In this document: one piece after another, positions 12,390 to 23,069 of the stretch
Position numbering within the stretch: position 1 is the first letter of the stretch
How the letters are laid out: every line of letters begins with the position of its first letter
Assembly: GCA_026770705.1 (NCBI GenBank)
Contig: JANJGN010000008.1
Location: forward strand, 86,242,001-86,306,000
DNA length: 64,000 bases
Source: Isurus oxyrinchus
Lineage: Eukaryota
Direction of reading: 5' to 3'
Made by a program: the position numbers and the translations under genes
Notes under the pieces: model-generated
Told to the model about the DNA's origin: nothing
The model's input: only the letters and a program-made list of their open reading frames with translations
Database searches by the model: none

Positions 12390-13218
12390 GGCCAGAATTT
12401 TGAGGTGGGTGGGTGGGCGCAGTCGACAGGCCTGGGAGCGGTTTGGAAAAGGCCCACAAACGACGATCGGCCCCTGACCATGATTTCACGCTGATCTGGC
12501 AGATTCACCCGCCCGCCAGCCATAACGTTGGGCAGGCAGTGAAAAATCCCAGTTAATTGTGCTGTTAATGGGCTTAATGGCTTTCTTAATTGTCAGCAGG
12601 CACGCTTCCAAGTTTAGTGCGCACCTGCTGGCCGAAATGTGGGGGTGGGAGCAGGGCGAGCGCTGAAGTCAGCGCAGGCGCGGGAGAGTGCTATTAATTA
12701 AGAGGCCAATTAGTGTAATTAAAGCTTCAATTGTCTCCAATTTTTCTTACGGTTGGTGGACAGGCGAATCAGCCAGGCGGACTTTACATTTTTCATGAAA
12801 CCTCATCCAAGAGGGGGTAAGATTTCCGTTATTAAATTTAAAAAAATAAAAATCTATGGACAGCATTTTTATCATGCATATGTTCAAGTGACTGATTGTG
12901 ATGCTTGGGCATTTTTTTTCTGATTTTAAAAACTTTTTAAAATTGTTTTCAAGTCTTCAGCTCCCTTAGGCAGCTCTCTGCCTTCAGAGAGCTTTCTGTC
13001 AGCGCTTGCCTGTGCCCACGCCTACGTTAGCACCCGCCTTCTTCCTGCCCCCACCCCGGCAGCGCTAAGCTTCTCAGCGCATGTTTCACGCCGGCTGGCC
13101 ATTAATCAACCAGCCAGCATGAAATTGTGGTCGGGGGCCAATAGCAGTCAGTAGTCCATTCCCCAGCCGACCTTGGGCCTGCCAATCACACCCAGCTGCT
13201 GACCTAAAAATTCTGCCC
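12390..13218. mobile_element. Chimeric Harbinger MITE with two 'right' ends (inverted A-right plus B-right)
   Basis: TIRs GGCCAGAATTTT / AAAATTCTGCCC; flanks TTA (12387-12389) and ATG (13219-13221). Confidence 0.9.
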
Positions 13219-14140
13219 ATGAATTCTGCAGTTGGGGAATTTAAATACTGTTAATTAAATAACTCTAGAATTGAAAAGTTATCATCAATAGCAGTGACCA
13301 TAAAAAAAAGGATTGTCATTAAAAACCTATCTGTTTACTAAGATCCTCAAAAGTGAACTGCCATCCTTACTTGGTCTGGTCTATATATGTGACTCCAGAC
13401 CCACAGCAATGTGGTTAATTTTGACTTTTAAGTGTCCTCTGAAATGGCCTGACAAATCATTCAGTTGTATCAAACCACTATGACAAAGTATGAGCAGAAT
13501 AAAATCACCCAGCGTCAAGCTTGGTGCCAGATTCAGGCATTACAAAGGCACAGCCAGCCTAATCAACCCAACAAAGTGATCCTCATTAACTTAAGCCAAT
13601 ACCAGTAGAGCTTGTCCCGCCGACTAGTCAAGCAAAATCCTGAAACAGTCTTACTTTCCAAATCATGCCTTACAGCCAATGTCCCAGAATCATTCATCAC
13701 CATTCCTGGCTGTGTCCTGCCCACCAGCATGACACACTGACCAGAGGTGATGGCACAGTGGTTTACCATCAGGAGGGAGTGGCCCTGAGGGTCCTCAAAA
13801 TTAACTCCGATCCCACAATGTCTCATTGTATAAGATCAAGCATGGATAAGGAAACCTGCTGCTGATTACCAACTACTATCCTCCTACAGCTGATGAATCA
13901 GCACTCCTCCATGTTGAATCACTGAGAGGAGCAAGGCACAGAATGCATTCTGGGGTGGAGGACTTCAATATCCATCACAAAGAGTGGCTTGATTGCTTCA
14001 TTAGAGACTGAGCTGTCAAGGCCGGACCTATGGCAGGTGCTGAAAGACTCAACACCAAGGAGAAAACCTTTTGATTTCATCCTCATTGATCTACCTGTCA
14101 CAGATGCATGTGTCCATGTGTTATTTGTAGGAGTGACCAA
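13219..14140 (+). mobile_element. 5' part of a second CR1/Jockey-group LINE family: SINE-like 5' UTR plus decayed APE endonuclease
   Basis: Body GTGACTCCAGACCCACAGCAATGTGGTT..CCTCTGAAATGGCC, then RLVKQ, TRGDGTVVYHQEGVALRVL, SADESALLHVE, VEDFNIHH endonuclease motifs. Confidence 0.75.
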
Positions 14141-14897
14141 CGCAGACCTCCATCATCAGGTGGTGATGGTGTGGGAGAACACCGGGCAGGGGAATTGGTC
14201 GGCCCTTGTGGGTCCCTCCCTGCAGGGAGCAGTATCTTTGACAAGCTGAGGGGCAGAGCCAGATGCAATGAGGTGATGGAGAAAGCAGCAAGGACAAGGC
14301 TAGGTCTTGTGAGTGGCAGTGTGGCAGGAGCCATGGCCAAGATTAGACAGCTTGAAACCCTTGTGGGTGGCTAAAAGGACAAGAAAGGGAATTGGAAACT
14401 TAGACAGGCTGACTGTCACTCAGCATCCTCTGATTCTGAGAAGCTTCATGGAGAGAGAGAAGAGAGCAGGATTGCAGTCAGGAGCCGGAGCAGCAGTTCA
14501 AGACTGGTGAGTCACTGTGTTGAGGAGCCGAGACCAGAAATAGGGCAGAAATCTGGAGCATTGGCCGTGAATATTCTCTGCAAATAGTTTGTTCTTTGAA
14601 GTGCACATTTCCCTTGAGAGTTTATATTGCTTTGATGCTAATGGGATAAAGGAATCTTGTTCTTTAACCTTCAAGCAGGTGGTGTGCTTAAATCGCACAT
14701 TACAAAGACCACCCTAATGTTGTGGGATTGATCCAGAAGCTCAAAAATGGGTATCCATGAGAAGCTACGGGCCTTTAGTAACAGCATAAAAATTGACTTA
14801 CTGTCTTCCAACATACACTGTAACCACATGGCATCAAAATCAGATATCATAGGGATGGGGAGCAGCTCAATCCAAGACAACTCCGGGCAAAGACCAA

Positions 14898-15987
14898 GAG
14901 CAGAATTTTCTTTGCCCAGGCATGTCCAGCGGCATGAGCAGAAAATATGGCGGGAAGGCCAAAAGTTGGCTTCATAACGTCGTGAAGCCAGATCGCAATC
15001 GCCCGCTCTACCTGTCAATGGCAGACTAAGTTTCCTGCCATTGCATCTGGTGAGCTGCACTTCGCTCAGGACTTCGAGGTTTGTTTGCCTACCTTGCTTC
15101 AGGCAGCAGTCATTGCAGACAGCACCACATCACTTTTAGGGGAGCTCTAGGGCTTGTTTCTAACTACTAGACCAGCCATAAAGCAGGGGTGGCTTTTCAA
15201 AGGCTGCAGGGCTCAGGCTTGTTTGAGGTAGGGGGAGAAGTGGCCTCAACCAAGGGAAGAGGCTGCAGGGCGAGGGCTGTACTGGGGAGGGGGGTATCCC
15301 AGGGTTTGTGTGGGGGCACATGTGAATCTGTGCAAGTGGCCTCAAGATGGTGAGGGCTGTGCGGCAGTCTCCAGAGGAGATGAGGCCAGATCGAGATGTG
15401 AGGGTGTGTATGTGAGAGAGTGAGTGGTGATGCCCATGAGTTGGCCTTGAGTGAGATGCCAGTGAATGTGTGATGGCCTTGTGAGTGTGTGACTTTAGAG
15501 TGATAAGATGGTTGCCCTACCCTGGCAGCACAGGTGAGATCATTCATCCTCTTTCTGCACTGGATGGCCAACCTCTTCTGATCACCTCTGCCATCGCCTA
15601 CCAAGCCAGAATGGTAATGTTGCTGCCCCTCCTGCAGCCAGTGCGGTGGTAAAGGACATTATGACAGGCCTTCATGGCATCCAAAAGGCGCTTGAGGGAT
15701 GTGTCACTAAACTGGGGGGCTGCAGTCTTTTTGTCTTTTGGGGCCATGCCTTCTTTGCAGCAGTCCTGGGATGGAAGTATTGAAAGGTGTGTGCGTGGCT
15801 GCACTTTAAATGTGGCACTCGGCGTGATGAAGTGGCAAGGTGACAGCATGGCAGGGGAGTTGGAGCCCGCCCACCAGCAAAACGGCATGATTCCTGGGAA
15901 TGCGTAATTAATGAGGTGGGATTGGGATGATACAGAATGAAAAGCTGCCATTGTGGCTGGCAGGTAGAAGTGCTTTTTCCAGCCCAC
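14898..15987 (+). mobile_element. Internally deleted Harbinger: left TIR plus Myb/SANT gene exon 1 (minus strand); right TIR lost
   Basis: GAGCAGAATTTTC start; minus strand MAPKDKKTAAPQFSDTSLKRLLDAM..QCRKRMNDL (ATG at 15747); homologous to 42900-43545. Confidence 0.85.
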
Positions 15988-15989
15988 GT

Positions 15990-16520
15990 CTAACTGAAAA
16001 CTATTAGATCATCAATATAAATTGCTTAGATCCGCAATTATTTTGTCAGTCTTTGAAATAACGCAGGTACATTCTTCGTATGAAATGCCATGACTTTAAA
16101 CTGATATGGTCCACTTGGTGTTACAAAAGCAGATATCTCCTTTGCCCTCTTCAACAATAGTACCTGCCAATATTCTTTTAGCAAGTCAATATTTGTGATA
16201 AATTTCGATTGTCCACTTTCTCAATGCAATCTTCCAACTGGGTATGGGATATGAATCTGCTTTTGTCACCGCATTCACCTTTCAATAGTCCACACACAGT
16301 CTTTGCATTCCATCTAGTTTTGGTACCAGTACAAAAGGCAAACTCCAGTTACTGCACTAGACTTAATGATATCATTTTGAAGCATGAACTCAATTTCTTT
16401 TTGTACTTGTAATAACTTTGCTGGATTTAATCTATAAGGTTGTTACCTCACTGAAGATGATATTTCTATACATACATCATGTAAAGTTAAATGTGTCTTT
16501 CCCAACTTATTTCCACACAT
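15990..16520 (-). pseudogene. Gypsy reverse transcriptase, N-terminal half
   Basis: PYRLNP, LVPKLDGMQRLCVDY*KVNAVTKADSYPIP, IDLLKEYWQV, SAFVTPSGPYQFKVM, YIDDLIVFS. Confidence 0.9.
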
Positions 16521-16689
16521 AGCTTTGTGTGACTGCAATAAATTTTTCCAAATCGCTTTGACACTTGCTTGGAAGGTAACTCAGTATTTCACTTAATTTT
16601 TCAAGCACCCCCTCATTATCCAATTTGATTAGAGGAAAATCAATTTCAGAGTCCTGCACTTCTACCAGTTTCTCATCATCCACTATCAC

Positions 16690-17930
16690 TAACACCTCTT
16701 TTTGTTCCTCTTCCCTGTCAAAGTACTTTTTAAACATACTTACATGACACACTGTCTGCTTCTTTCTTCTATCTGGAGTATTTATTAAATAATTTATTTC
16801 ACTCAATTTCTTTTCAATCCTGTAAGGCCCACTAAATCTTGCATTTAAAGAACCCCCTAATATTGGTACCAAAACTAATACTTTCTCTCGGGAAACAAAA
16901 CTGTGAATTTTAGCTTTCTTATCCGCTCTTACTTTCATCACTTGCTGTGAGATGTTTAAATGTTCCCTAGCCAACTCACATGCTCTGTTCAATCCTTCCC
17001 TGAAATTTGATACGTAATCCAGAAGAATAGTTTCTGAATTTTGACCCACCAATTTTTCCTGAATCAATTTCAGTGGTCCCCTTATCTCATGGCCGAGTTC
17101 AAAAGGGCTAAAATCAGTCCATGCATTAGGAGCATCTCTAATAGCAAATAACAAAAATAGAATTTCCATATCCCAATCCTGTGCATAATTCTGACAGCAT
17201 GCTTTTATCATAGTTTTTAAAGTTTGATGCCATCTTTCCAAAGTTCCTGATGATAAGCTGTTGACTTAAACTGTTTTATCCCCAAACTGTTCATTGTTTC
17301 CTTAAACAGCTGTGACACGAAATTTGACCCCTGATCTGATTGTATTTCATTAGGTAAACCATATCTTGTGAAAAAATTTAATTAACTCCTTCACAATTTA
17401 CTTAGTTGTAATACTTAAAGGTATTGCTTCAGGAAGCTTGGTAGACACATCCATTATTGTAAATAGATACTGATTTCCACTTTTAGTCTTAGGGAGCAGT
17501 CCTACACAATCAATCATGATCCTGGTAAAAAGTTCTTCAAATGCTGGAATTAGAATTAAAAGCACAGGTTTAATCACCGCTTGTGCTTTTCCTGTTATTT
17601 AACGTATATGACAAGTTCAATACGATTTGACTACACCCCTATGCAATCCTGGCCAAAAAAAAAACCTCTGTATTTTTCTTGTGTTTCCCTAATTCCTAAA
17701 TGTCCCCCCATTGGAATTTCATGAGCAATCCTCAGAATCTCATTTCTATAACCTAATGGGATAATAATTTGATGCACCTCCCTCCAGCTTTCATTTGCTG
17801 AGACATGATCCGACAGCCACTTTCTCATTAGTATGTTCCCTCAAAGATAATAACATACTGGAATACATTTTGCTTTCATTTCTGAATAAGCTTTCTGATA
17901 TAACTGTTTTAATTGCAAATCATTTTTCAG
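16690..17930 (-). pseudogene. Gypsy integrase (upstream of RT)
   Basis: HEIPMGGHLG, IMIDCVGLLPKTKSGNQYL, QSDQGSNF, ERWHQTLKTM, GPYRI (GPY/F). Confidence 0.9.
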
Positions 17931-18036
17931 TATCTCCAGTAACCTCTTTGAACTGAACTGTCCTGCATTCCTTCCTCCGAACAATGTTATCGAATACAGT
18001 GCCAGCTAATTGGATATCGACACCTTCTTCTTGCCT

Positions 18037-20669
18037 TTAAACTGCCTGCTTATTTTGTTTATTTTGTTCTTCCCTATGAGCTTTTGATCTCATTATAACA
18101 CACTCAAGAAACAATCTGGGATTTTCCTTCTGTGGCACTTCTGTTGATAACACTTCTACAGGCTGCTCAACTACCACAGGCATCACCAACATTTGTGATC
18201 CAGCTATATCATAACCCAGAATAAATTGAATCCCTGCAATGGGCAATTTTTCCACCACTCCAACTATAACTTTGCCAGTCTTCCATCTGCTCTTTAATTT
18301 TACTTTCCACAATGGAATAGATTTAGCATCTCCATGACCCCAGTTATTACCTTCTCCTGCAACACTTCCTTTGAACAACAAATATCACTATCCCACAACA
18401 TTAAGGATTGACTAGACCCTGTGTCTCTTAAGATATTAATATCTTTACCTACTCCACCCTGTACACATGGAAAGACTTTCCCTTCAAGTACAAAATCTTT
18501 AAACATTTCTGCAACCTGCTGCTCAGAATTCTCTAGAGTAAATTGTGAACACATTCCCACTTCTTTACCTTTCACTGATTCTCCCTGTTTCACCTGCACA
18601 CAAACCACTGGTTTCTCTTGTGTCTGAATCTCAGAACCCACAGTACTTATACTTCCAGAGCTTTTCTGTACCCCAATAATTCCTACAGAGTTTTCCTGCA
18701 ACCTCCAACACGCTGACTTCGTGTGCCCCATTTTATTACAATGAAAACACCTCAATTTTCGAATGTCACTTCTACCTTCAGTACCTTCCTTTTTATTCTG
18801 AGAAAAAAAACTCCCTGGGAACTTCCAGCTACTCCTTGTCTTCCCTGACCATCTACTTTCCTTTCACCTTCCCACATTTTATCCTTTTCCACTGTGAAAG
18901 GGTGACAGAAAAAAGGTTTAGCTCTATGAACTAATTCATAATCATAAGCTTTCTCTGCTGCCTGTCTTACAGAATCAACCCTCTATTTCTCCACATGAGT
19001 TCTCACTACTGAAGGGATAGAATCTTTAAATTCTTCCAAAAGAATGACTTCCCTAAGAACTGCATAGGTTGTCTCTATTTTAATGTCTGTATCCATCAGT
19101 CAAAATCACTTTGCTGTACACTTTCAAATTCAATTTAAGTTGCCCAGGCTGTTTTCTCATATTCCTAAATTTGTGCCTGTATGCTTCAGAAACCAGCTCA
19201 TTAGCACTCAGAATAGCTTTGTTCACCACATCATAATTCACTGACATTTCTTTTGAAATCGAAGCATATACCTCAAGCCCCCTACCTAATAACTTAGATT
19301 ATAATAATAATGTCCAGTTTTCCTGTGGCCATTTCATCTGTTTAGCTAGCTTCTCAAGTGAAATAAAGCATCAATATCGGTTTCTTCAAACTTTGGAAGT
19401 GCTTATACAAATTTAAACATATCCCTACTGAGTTCTACTCTAGAGATAAACCCTTCCTCACCTACCAATATCTCTTTACTAACTGCCAACATTTGCAGTT
19501 GGAATTCTCTCTCTCTTCCTTTTTCTCTACCTTCACAATTTCTAATTCCCATTTAAAAGCCATTTCTCTGTCCTTTGCTTCAAATTCAAGCTTTTTCAGT
19601 TCCTTTGCTTGTTCAAATTCTAACATCTTCATCTAACTGAAGTCTCACTACCTCCAGCTGTGACTCACTAGTTTCAGGCTTCACTTTCAACTGTAACTCT
19701 TTTGAGTACAAACCCGTTTCCATCTGTTTCAGATGAAGTTACATTGTTTCATAGTTTGCCATTGTGAGATTTGAACTCTTGATACTCTTTCGAGCACAAA
19801 CCCATTTCCATCTGTTTCAGATGAAGTTACATTATTTCATAGTTTGCCATTGTGAGATTTGAACTCTTGATACTCTTTTGAGTACAAACCCGTTTCCATC
19901 TGTTTCAGATGAAGTTACATTGTTTCATAGTTTTGCCATTGTGAGATTTGAACTCTTGATCTTGGGGTTACAAACCCAGTACCATAACCATTTGGCTATT
20001 TAGGCCAAGCCACTTTCAACTGTAACTCTTTCGAGTACAAACCCGTTTCCATCTGTTTCAGATGAAGTTACATTGTTTCATAGTTTGCCATTGTGAGATT
20101 TGAACTCTCGATCTTGGGGTTACAAACCCAGTACCATAACCACTTGGCTATTTAGGCCAAGCCCTAAATGGAGCAATTCCTGTAACTCTTTTGAGTACAA
20201 ACATGTTTCTATCTGTTTCAGATGAAGTTACATTGTTTCATAGTTTGCCATTGGGAGACTTGAACTCTTGATAGTTTTTGCCATTGTGAGATTTGAACTC
20301 TTGATCTTAGGGTTACAAACCCAGTACCATAACCACTTGGCTATTCAGGCCAAGCCACTTTCAACTGTAACTCTTTCGAGTACAAACCCATTTCCATCTG
20401 TTTCAGATGAAGTTACATTGTTTCATAGTTTGCCATTATGAGATTTGAACTCTTGAGCTTGGGGTTACAAACCCAGTATCATAACCACTTGGCTATTTAA
20501 GCCAAGCCACTTTCAACTGTAGATGCTGTGCTGTACTTTTAACTAAATTAGATTTCCTAGCTCCCTCAGGTAATCCCAGCTGTAACTTATCTGCTTACTC
20601 TAATTTCTCCAATCCAATCAGAATTTTCTCCTGTACTCCCAGGCAAGTCTTAGCAATTGCCAAAGCCAT
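18037..20669 (-). pseudogene. Gypsy gag (SCAN-like capsid segment, zinc knuckle) plus aspartic protease, interrupted by a repeat array
   Basis: ATG at 20669; LPKFEETD, KQMKWPQENW, LREVILLEEFKDSIP, CX2CX4HX4C, LRDTG; several stops and frameshifts. Confidence 0.9.
19682..20521 (-). repeat. Concatemer of a 138-bp tRNA(Thr)-headed short retroelement (SINE) with repeated 14-bp target site
   Basis: CACTTTCAACTGTA at 19682, 20011, 20356 and 20508; full units (e.g. 20025-20162) and 88-bp headless units; A box TAGCCAAGTGG and B box GAGTTCAAATC on the minus strand. Confidence 0.9.
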
Positions 20670-20788
20670 CTTGCAGTCTCACCACTTGTAAAATACCTCA
20701 CCAACTCACGAATTCAAAGTCCCTCTTGTACTCCTAAACTTAAGATTCACCAATTCCTAAACAATCGAGGAATTAGAAATATAATTTA

Positions 20789-20807
20789 TTCTCGGATGGG
20801 CTCCCAA
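20789..20807 (-). promoter_or_regulatory. Primer-binding site, tRNA-Pro type (degenerate)
   Basis: Minus strand TGGGAGCCCATCCGAGAA just after the LTR end ..CATAACA, versus canonical TGGGGGCTCGTCCGGGAT. Confidence 0.8.
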
Positions 20808-20808
20808 T

Positions 20809-22282
20809 TGTTATGACTGATGCAGTTAGTAAAGCAGAGTTATTTTAAAAATCCCAGAGGGAAACTTTAAACAACGTCATAACCTATAATTTTAAGTGTT
20901 ATGTTTGAGGTGCAACTCTAAATTCAGGAATCAGACTATCAGTTCTTGTGGTTTTACATTAAACTAATTGAAACATTTTATTAATTTACAGAGGTTAAAA
21001 TACATATACACACGGCTACAAATTGCTACCATCATAACTTTTAACAAATTCCCAAACTAATCTCCATTAAGGCAACAGCAACCCATAAACTTAACCAAAC
21101 ACCAGACAAAGCATTTTCACCTTACAAATCAGAATGAGGTTCTTTTCACTATGGAGCCAGTTGGAGGCTGACAGCTATCTTTTGATGTTACATTGCCTCT
21201 GCTCTGCACACCAGAAAACTACTGAAATTATACCTACCGCCACTGATTGAATTCAAATTCTCATTGTCTCACCAGTCTCTTTGAACTTTACCTTTAACAA
21301 TGAAATGTCATTCATTGTACCAATTTTATTAGTAATATAGTCTAGAATCTTCAGGTCAGTGAATGGGGGCGTGCCCCACTCGATGATGTGCAAAATGACA
21401 CACGGTGACGTCGGCCGTGTGTCCCAGCGTCACCGCAAGTCATTCCAATTTTCAGTTCAGCGGGTGCACACTAGTATCAGCTGCACTCCTGCCGAACTGT
21501 CAAAGGTCTATTAAGGCCATTTAAATATCAATTTAAATACTTAACATAGCTGCCCGTCTAACCTTAAGGTTGGTGGGCAGGTGAAAAGTCCAGGCAGCCT
21601 TTGCATTTATCACGAAACCTCATCCACGGGTGGAATGAGGCTTCATGAATGATTTATAATTCAAATAAGTTTTTTCATTAAAATTCATAGACATATCCCA
21701 GCTCATGTGACACTATCACACGAGGGGACATGTCTAAAAGATTTTTCTCTTCCTTTATTTAAAACCTCCTTTATTTTTTAAAAATTCAAACTAATCTCCC
21801 TGAGGCAGCTCTGTGCATCAGGGAGATGTCTGTGCTCTTTTGCGCACATGTGTGAAAGAGCTCAGGTCCCGACTAAGCCTACTCCCCTTGCCCACACGGT
21901 GCGCTTAGCACTTTCAGGTGCGCGTCATGCTGGGCAGGCCTTAATTGGCCCGCCCAAGTAACATGGCGGCGCGCAGCCGATCATGGGTGGCAATTGGCTG
22001 TGCGCCCACCCTGCCCAGCCGTCCCGACATGGAGAAAATTCTCCCCATAAACACATTGCTTGGTAGCTGCAAGAAAGGAGTCAAGTTTTCACCCCACTTC
22101 TTCAATGGCTTATTCAAAAAATGCAAATTCTCTCTACCTCTCTATTTGGATCTCAAACTGGTACTTATCAAAGCACCCAGACTAGCTAACTTTAATCTAA
22201 TTAAGACACACCCACAGATTAAACCTCTATTTTAAAAGAAAAGTATTTTCCAAAATATTATGTACAGTAATAGCTTCATGAC
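20809..22282 (-). repeat. 5' LTR of the Gmr1-type element (contains a MITE)
   Basis: Plus-strand TGTTATGAC start next to the PBS; TTTATT (minus-strand AATAAA) near 20978; far end TTCATGAC abuts a CR1 insertion. Confidence 0.8.
21340..22046 (+). mobile_element. Harbinger MITE inserted in the LTR
   Basis: GTCTAGAATCTT / AAAATTCTCCCC ends; TSD ATA on both sides; collinear with 4871-5541. Confidence 0.92.
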
Positions 22283-22990
22283 CTTGTTGTGCATGTCCAC
22301 CAGTCCCTTAAGGCAACCGGACATGTAGATAAGGTGGTTAAGAAGGCATATGGGGTACTTGCCTTTATTAGCCTAGGCATAGAATATAAGAGCAGGGAAG
22401 TTATGCTGGAACTGTATAAAATGTTGGTTAGGTCACAGCTAGAGTATTGTGTGCAGTTCTGGAATCCATTATAGGAAGGATGTGATTGCAGTAGAGAGAG
22501 TGCAGAGGAGATTTACCAGGATGTTGCCTGGGCTGGAGAGTTTTAGTTATGAGGAGAGATTGGATAGACTGGGGTTATTTTCCCTGGAGCAGAGGAGATT
22601 GAGGGGGGACATGACTGAGGTGTATAAAATTATGAGGGGCATAGATAGGGTAGACAGGAAGGAACTTTTCCCCTTGGTGGAGGGATCAATAACCGGGGGC
22701 GTAGATTTAAGGTAAGGGGCAGGAGGTTTAGAGGGAATGTGAGGAAGAATTTTTTCACCCAGAGGGTGGTGGGAATCTGGAACTCACTGCCTGAAAGGAT
22801 GGTAAAGGCAGAAACCTTCTTAAGATTTAAGAAGTATTTGGATGTGCACTTGTGATGCCATGGCATACAAGGCTATGGGCCTAGTGCTGGGAAATGGGAT
22901 TAAAATAGTTAGGTACTTGTGTGACTGGTGCAGACTCGATGGGCCAAAGGGCCTTTTTCTGTGCTGTAGACCTCTATGACTCTCTGACTA
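22281..22990 (+). mobile_element. CR1 LINE 3' end
   Basis: KKAYGVLAFISLGIEYKSREVML..ERVQRRFTRMLPGL..RRLRGD; 3' UTR and TATGACTC tail. Confidence 0.95.
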
Positions 22991-23069
22991 TATGACAAAG
23001 AGGCAAAGAACAAACACAAGGAGATTAATTCCCGATCCAGCAACTCATCCAAAACTCAATTGTCTATGG

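Larger units (their letters stand above)
15988..22282 (-). mobile_element. Gmr1-type Gypsy LTR retrotransposon (5' LTR-PBS-gag-PR-INT-RT), truncated inside RT
   Basis: LTR, tRNA-Pro PBS, zinc knuckle CFHCNKMGHTKSAC, protease LRDTGSSQS, integrase and RT all in one orientation. Confidence 0.95.

Noticed and set aside
14150-14510. Possible 5' region of an L2 element (minus strand)
   Set aside because: Only a vague recalled resemblance; no diagnostic motif, so not listed as a feature.
20085-20160. Functional tRNA-Thr(TGT) genes in the array
   Set aside because: Acceptor stem pairs for only about 3 bp and the T and anticodon stems are imperfect; it is a SINE head fused to a constant tail.
19682-20521. 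CRISPR-like repeat/spacer array
   Set aside because: Units are 88-138 bp, the spacers are mostly the same host target site, there are no cas genes and the context is vertebrate.
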